Positions 36,123-40,857 of a stretch of DNA of 40,857 nucleotides are shown here, one piece after another. How positions within the stretch are numbered: the first letter of the stretch is position 1; every line of letters begins with the position of its first letter. Origin of the DNA: an uncultured Acetobacteraceae bacterium (GTDB taxonomy: Bacteria > Pseudomonadota > Alphaproteobacteria > Acetobacterales > Acetobacteraceae); NCBI GenBank assembly GCA_964242295.1, contig CAXTDP010000001.1, positions 1-40,857 of the forward strand, read 5' to 3'. The notes beneath the pieces are model-generated. The model searched no databases and was not told where the DNA came from. It saw only the letters and a program-made list of their open reading frames with translations. The translations under genes and the position numbers were made by a program.

Positions 36123-38330
36123 ATGGCAGTTACCGCATCGAACACGCCGTTTCCTCTCGGCGCCTATCTCGGCAATCCCGACAACAGCAGCGCCGCAAAC
36201 GAAGCGACATACGAAGCCAAGTACACCAGCTTCTCTCAATTGATGGGCGCCGCGCCACAATACCTGGCGACCTTCGTTGACCAGAACCAGGCCATCAGCC
36301 GGTGGGTCGGCAACTCGCAATGGGCCGCGGCATCCGCCGCAGCCTCCGCCGACGCCCGCGGCCAAACGCCGGTGATCGCCCTGCCGCTGAACTCCAACGC
36401 CGCCGGCTCGGCAACGCCCGATCAGCAGTTCCAGGCCTTCGCCTCCGGCCAGTATGACAGCGCGATCCAGGGCATCGTGCAGGCCTGGGCCCAGGCCGGC
36501 TTCACCAACCAGGTGTTCCGCCCGGGCTGGGAGATGAACCTGCAAGGACCCACCTACGCCGGCGACAGCGCCCAAAGCCAGGCCGACTGGGTCAGCGCCT
36601 TCCAGCACGTCTACACCGTCCTGCACCAGGCCGCGGCAGCCAACGGCGTCAACGTCCAGGTGGTCTGGAACCCAGGCGTCACCAACTACAGCAACGCCCA
36701 AGCCACCACCAACCTCTACCCCGGCGACAAGTATGTGGACATCATCGGCGCCGACGCCTACTCGGACATCTACCCCTACTCGGACGGCACCACCCCGGCG
36801 ACCTACCACGACTGGCACACCGGCGCCGCCGACACCAGCATCGCCCAGTTCATCGCCGACCCGGTGAACCGCGCCCATTACTGGAGCAACCCCGCCGCCA
36901 CCGTGTGGTCGAGCGACAGCAGCGGCGGCCACAGCCAAAGCCTCACCAGCCTGATCCAGTTCGCCCAGCAGCACGGCAAGCCCTTCGCCATCCCCGAAGC
37001 CGGCGCCGGCAACTCCAACTCCGGCACCGACGTGTCGGACGATGCCGCATTTCCGCAATGGCTCGCCGAGCAACTGACGGCCGCGCAAGCCGCAGGTGTG
37101 AAGATCGCCTTCGTCAACCCGTGGGACAGCAACGGCGGCGGCAACTACGAATTCTCTTACGCCTCGGACGGCAAGCCGGCCGAGGCCGCAGCCTGGGCTA
37201 AGTATTTCGGGGCGCAGCAGACGGTCGGAGCGGCGTCCCCTCCGGCGACTGTGACTCCTGTAACCACGGCTCCGGCGACGCTCTCGGTCGGCTCCGGCCC
37301 CAACACGCTGGCGCTGCAAGTCTCGGAGGACGCCTACCAAGGCAACGCTCAGTTCACCGTCAGCGTTGACGGCACCCAGATCGGTGGGACGCAAACGGCA
37401 ACCGCGTCGCACGGTGCCGGACAGACCCAGACGGTCAACGTCTTGGGAACCTTCGGCGCCGGGCCGCACACCGCCACGATCAACTTCCTGAACGACGCCT
37501 GGGGCGGTACAGCCGCCACGGACCGCAACCTATATGTGAACAGCGCCACCCTGGCCGGCACCGCCGTGTCCAATGCCGGCCTCAACTTGCTGAGCGGCGG
37601 GGCGCAAAGCTTCTCCTTCAATGGTGTGGCTTCGGCAACCGCGGCGCCTTCTGGGACGGACACGCTCGACTTGCACGTGTCGGAGGATGCCTGGCAGGGT
37701 GATGCGCAATATACCGTCAAGGTTGACGGCAGCCAGGTCGGCGGCGTGCGCACCGCGACGGCCCTGCACGGTCAGGGTGCGACGCAGGACGTGTCCATCG
37801 CGGGCGCTTGGGGCGCCGGACCTCACACGGTGGGCGTGTCCTTCATCAACGACGCCTATGGCGGCAGCGCGGCCACTGACCGCAACCTGTATGTGGATGC
37901 GGTCAGCTATAACGGCGCGGCTGCGGGCGGGGCCCCTGCGACGCTGCTGTCGAACGGCATGGCTAGCTTCGGCGTGGCCGCGCCGGCTGTCGCCACGCCG
38001 CTGACGCTGCACCTGGCCGAGGACGCCTGGCAGGGCAACGCGCAGTTCGCCGTCGCCATTGATGGTACGACCGTCCTGCAGAACGGCACAGTCACTGCGC
38101 TCAACGGATCGGGCCAGTCCCAGGCGGTCAACGTGTCGGCCCTGCTGTCTGCCGGCAGGCACGACGTGGCGGTTTCGTTCCTGAACGACGCCTGGGGCGG
38201 AACGTCGTCCACCGACCGCAACCTTTATGTGAAGGGCATAGACGTGAGCGGCAGCCCGGTCGCCGGGGCCAGCGCCGCGCTTCTCAGCACCGGAACCACC
38301 CACTTCCAGATCGTGGTGCCGTCTGCATGA
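36123..38330 (+). CDS. leaderless GH26-like (clan GH-A) glycanase with three tandem CBM-like modules
   Basis: 735 aa. Catalytic-domain blocks are VFRPGWEMNLQGP (an acid/base-type xEMN motif), YVDIIGADAY, and GKPFAIPEAGAG (nucleophile Glu candidate). A Pro/Thr/Ala linker follows, then 3 x ~115-aa repeats. There is no signal peptide and no RTX tail. Confidence 0.75.
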   Translation: MAVTASNTPFPLGAYLGNPDNSSAANEATYEAKYTSFSQLMGAAPQYLATFVDQNQAISRWVGNSQWAAASAAASADARGQTPVIALPLNSNAAGSATPDQQFQAFASGQYDSAIQGIVQAWAQAGFTNQVFRPGWEMNLQGPTYAGDSAQSQADWVSAFQHVYTVLHQAAAANGVNVQVVWNPGVTNYSNAQATTNLYPGDKYVDIIGADAYSDIYPYSDGTTPATYHDWHTGAADTSIAQFIADPVNRAHYWSNPAATVWSSDSSGGHSQSLTSLIQFAQQHGKPFAIPEAGAGNSNSGTDVSDDAAFPQWLAEQLTAAQAAGVKIAFVNPWDSNGGGNYEFSYASDGKPAEAAAWAKYFGAQQTVGAASPPATVTPVTTAPATLSVGSGPNTLALQVSEDAYQGNAQFTVSVDGTQIGGTQTATASHGAGQTQTVNVLGTFGAGPHTATINFLNDAWGGTAATDRNLYVNSATLAGTAVSNAGLNLLSGGAQSFSFNGVASATAAPSGTDTLDLHVSEDAWQGDAQYTVKVDGSQVGGVRTATALHGQGATQDVSIAGAWGAGPHTVGVSFINDAYGGSAATDRNLYVDAVSYNGAAAGGAPATLLSNGMASFGVAAPAVATPLTLHLAEDAWQGNAQFAVAIDGTTVLQNGTVTALNGSGQSQAVNVSALLSAGRHDVAVSFLNDAWGGTSSTDRNLYVKGIDVSGSPVAGASAALLSTGTTHFQIVVPSA
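37305..38327 (+). repeat. three tandem ~345-nt (~115-aa) CBM-like modules
   Basis: Copies start near 37305, 37662 and 37998. Each reads [TL.L.V/LAEDA(W/Y)QG(N/D)AQ(F/Y).V.(V/I)DG...(H/N)G.G..Q.V......GAG/GR H.......F(L/I)NDA(W/Y)GG....DRNLYV]. R1 and R2 are roughly two-thirds identical by eye. Confidence 0.85.
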
Positions 38331-38586
38331 CAGGGTAGCGTCAACAGCCCTCCGCCCGGGGGCAGGAACCTGAGCCGAAGGACTCCTGCCTGGGAGAGCA
38401 TCGCGGAACCTGCGGCTCCTGCCTAACGGGTGGCCTGACCTGCCGCCCGCCGCGGCGGCGCCCCAGTCCGGTCGGTGGAATTGGGCAGCCGGTTCCGCGT
38501 GGTGCGGACGCGTCCAGCCGCACCGAGCCGGTGGGCACGGGCCGGAATGCGTGCGTGGCCTTATGCCGGGCCATTGAGCCGGTCAG

Positions 38587-40359
38587 CTACCGCGCATCCG
38601 TCACGCCGGGTGCATACTCGAAGCCAAGCCCGGCTTCATGGCCCTCGTCATAGGCGTCCTGCAGCACCCGCCGGCCTGCCGGTCCCTTGCGGGCGCGGAA
38701 CTGCAGGCCCAGGCGGGCCAGGTCGGCCTCGACCACGTCCGCCTTTGCCACCACCAGGTCGCGTCCGGAGGCGCCGCGTAGCGCGCCCTCCCGCGCCTGG
38801 CGCAGTGTGTGCAGCTTGGCGACGATGCCGCGGGCCAGTCCGATCCCGAAGGAGTTAGTTGCGGTCCGGCGCAGGGAGGACGGCATCTCGGCATAGGTCG
38901 GGCCAGCGCGGAACCCTGCCGTCTCGGTCTCGAACGCCAGCTCCACCAGGTCATACAGGTAACGTGCCGCCACCACGTCGGCAGGCAGTCCAAAGAACAC
39001 GTAGCGCAGCCGGCCATCCCCGCCCTTCTCGCCCCATACCCGGCAATCGAAGAACGCCGCCACCGACGGTACGCAGTCGTCCACGGGCGCCACGCGCTTA
39101 CGCCCAGTCTCGACCGCCGTGCCCTCGCACACCTGGTTCTTCAGATCCAACTCGCTCAGGCTCAGGCCATAGCGGTCCAGCAGCTCCGCCACCTTCTCCG
39201 CCGCTGCCAGGGCCTCGGCCTCCGTACAGCCCTGCTCGACCGTCTTGGCCCGCAGCGCCTGGATACGCGCGATCAAGCGGTCCAGGTCCGCATTCCGGGC
39301 GCCGTGCCCGGCGTCTGACGGCCCGGCGCCGAGCTTGCGGCGGGCTTCGGCAAACACCTGGGCCGCCGCGGCTGGCATGTCGCCGCTGGCTACCTCCGCT
39401 GCGATCTGTGCGGCGAACGCGTCCAGCCCCGGCAGCGCCGAGCCGATGGCCCGGCGGCGGTGCACCGTTTCCAACTGCACTTGCAGAACATCACTATAGG
39501 CGCTGCTCAGCGTGCGTTCACCGGCGACGCGGGTGTTGAGCACGGACAGGACCATGCCGAGCACGGCATCCATGCCGCAGTCCTCGCGGACCCGCTGCAC
39601 ATCCTCGGGGCTGCGCGGAGCATCCGGCTCCGCCCAGCGCAGGGCGATGTGGTCCAGCTCGCTCGCGTCCTCCGGCAGGCCGTCATCGCCGTCCCCGGGA
39701 TCGTTCACGCCCGGGATGCGCGGATTGCCGTGGCGCAGGACATGGCGGTAGATCGCCTCCGCACAGCGTTGCGGGTTGGACAGGCCGCGGTTGCCATCGT
39801 GGATGAAGCCGGCAGCGGCGGCCAGCCCGGCCTCGTCCAGCGGCGTCACGCAACTGACGAACATGTGCTGCCCGTCGCCCAAGGGCGCGAGCCGCCCGGC
39901 CAACAGCAGACCGGCCAGGTCCGCGCCGATGGAACTGCTGGGCAGGCGCAGCACCTCCGAAGTGGCAATGTCGCGCAGGCGTGCCCCATCCATCCCGCCC
40001 TCCACAACCTGCGTGATGCGGAAGGCGGCCTGGCGCATGGCGGCCAGCGCCGCCGCCTCATCAGCAGCCCAGCCGGTGCGCTGCCGGGCCATGCGGTCGA
40101 AGGCGGTTTGGCCGCTGGCGGAGGGCGTGAACAGCGCCAGGTCCGTCGCCATGAGCAGAGCGTCTGCCAATACTTGCGTCTCGGTGCCCGCCGCCGGTTC
40201 GACACGCACGAGCCAGCCACGCACGGTGTCGTCCAGCTTCGCCGGTGACACGAAGCCGGTGGCGGCCAGGGTCAGGGCATCCACGCATTCGCGCATGCGG
40301 TCCGCGCCGATGGACGCGGCTTGGGCCGGGCGTGGCTGGCGGTCCGTCTTGGCCTGCAT
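38587..40359 (-). CDS. hypothetical protein with a C-terminal DUF2786-type module (mobile-element-associated family)
   Basis: 590 aa. A strong GGGGAGA Shine-Dalgarno lies before ATG 40359. The C-terminal third has LDRLIARIQALRAKTVEQGCTEAEALAAAEKVAELLDRYGL (the DUF2786 helical signature). It is followed by CVPSVAAFFDCRVW...FFGLPADVVAARYLYDLVELAFE...FGIGLARGIVAKL. The N-terminal ~340 aa were not recognised. Confidence 0.7.
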   Translation of the reverse strand: MQAKTDRQPRPAQAASIGADRMRECVDALTLAATGFVSPAKLDDTVRGWLVRVEPAAGTETQVLADALLMATDLALFTPSASGQTAFDRMARQRTGWAADEAAALAAMRQAAFRITQVVEGGMDGARLRDIATSEVLRLPSSSIGADLAGLLLAGRLAPLGDGQHMFVSCVTPLDEAGLAAAAGFIHDGNRGLSNPQRCAEAIYRHVLRHGNPRIPGVNDPGDGDDGLPEDASELDHIALRWAEPDAPRSPEDVQRVREDCGMDAVLGMVLSVLNTRVAGERTLSSAYSDVLQVQLETVHRRRAIGSALPGLDAFAAQIAAEVASGDMPAAAAQVFAEARRKLGAGPSDAGHGARNADLDRLIARIQALRAKTVEQGCTEAEALAAAEKVAELLDRYGLSLSELDLKNQVCEGTAVETGRKRVAPVDDCVPSVAAFFDCRVWGEKGGDGRLRYVFFGLPADVVAARYLYDLVELAFETETAGFRAGPTYAEMPSSLRRTATNSFGIGLARGIVAKLHTLRQAREGALRGASGRDLVVAKADVVEADLARLGLQFRARKGPAGRRVLQDAYDEGHEAGLGFEYAPGVTDAR

Positions 40360-40603
40360 GTTTCTCCCCTACCTCGCTGGAACGCCTGAACACGACAGGG
40401 CGCTCCGCCGCGGCAACGCGCCGACGCGGACGACTGCTCCCAGAACGGTTACGTCCAGGTCTCGGCGCAACACGCTTCCGCTCCCTCGTTCGCGAGCGGC
40501 TGCTTGCAGCTTCCGGTCCGACTGCTCCGTGCCCGGCCCTCCCGGCAACCCACTGCAGCGGCGTTGCGCCGCCCTGTGCCAGTTCGCCTGCCGCGCGTTT
40601 CAA

Positions 40604-40648
40604 TTGCAGTCAGGTCCGGACGCACGGCGACCGGACCTCAACCTGCAA
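40604..40648 (-). terminator. long imperfect hairpin upstream of the 590-aa gene
   Basis: TTGCAG-tca-GGTCCGGaCGC-acg-GCGaCCGGACC-tcaac-CTGCAA. It could terminate a minus-strand transcript entering from the window edge. There is no clear U-tract. Confidence 0.3.
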
Positions 40649-40857
40649 GCCTTTGCTCCCAAGAAAAAGCTGGATCGGTTAAGTGCAGCCTGGACGCGAA
40701 CCGATCTCGGCCTCCTGCAAGCGTGTAGGATTTGAGCGAGTCGGCCCACAGCACGCCAGCACCTCCGTGCGCGCCGCTACTTCTGGCGGCCCGCCATGCA
40801 TCAGTCGGCCGCGACGCCGTGCGCCTGCCCAGCCGCGGCGGGCGATGCGCGGCTGGC

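Noticed and set aside
35862-37469. 535-aa minus-strand ORF
   Set aside because: It is antisense to the GH26-like gene. It is Gly/Arg/Val-rich, and the plus strand has clear catalytic and repeat motifs.
39776-40735. 319-aa plus-strand ORF and neighbouring plus-strand ORFs (38859..39539, 39460..40248)
   Set aside because: They are antisense shadows of the 590-aa DUF2786-type gene. They are Ser/Arg/Ala/Pro-rich with no motifs.
40679-40857. Open minus-strand frame entering from the window edge (…EVAARTEVLACCGPTRSNPTRLQEAEIGSRPGCT*)
   Set aside because: More than one frame is open and GC3-rich here. The sequence is Arg-rich and unrecognisable, so the truncated edge cannot be supported.

Overview
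High-G+C, gene-dense bacterial chromosomal window. Gene content and codon bias fit an alphaproteobacterium, but that is inference only. No rRNA, tRNA, CRISPR array or intact IS element was recognised.

Left part (1-15.7 kb): mixed accessory metabolism. It holds an overlapping GT-B glycosyltransferase + DUF2064 pair, a Tat-signal bicupin of the oxalate decarboxylase family overlapping an SDR, and an SGNH lipase with a PEP-CTERM tail that is split by an in-frame TAA. The lipase is coupled to a catalase-related haem protein carrying a membrane tail. Further genes are an SDR, a small membrane protein, an alpha/beta hydrolase, a Zn-ADH, an ankyrin protein, and an Hsp20-Lon operon behind a sigma-32-like promoter.

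Centre and right (15.8-38.3 kb): an exopolysaccharide (EPS) island. A five-gene, translationally coupled operon encodes the priming sugar transferase, a P-loop ATPase, a chain-length (PCP/GumC-like) protein, a GT2 and a GT4. The kinase module of the PCP looks catalytically dead. A convergent Cys-rich secreted peptide + Wzy-like polymerase pair follows, then a beta-barrel OMP + Wza-like exporter pair. Outlying island genes are a GT2, a decayed GT2-like region, an IagB-type lytic transglycosylase and a CelD/FemAB-like acyltransferase.

Two leaderless glycanases bracket the island: GH16 with an RTX-like tail, and a GH26-like enzyme. They share a repeated ~115-aa module (2 and 3 copies). Two unusually long, lower-G+C, hairpin-rich intergenic regions (22.8-23.9 kb and 34.6-36.1 kb) sit at the operon heads.

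The right end encodes a 590-aa protein with a DUF2786-type C-terminal module, typical of mobile DNA. Several genes are frame-disrupted remnants, while all long genes are intact.
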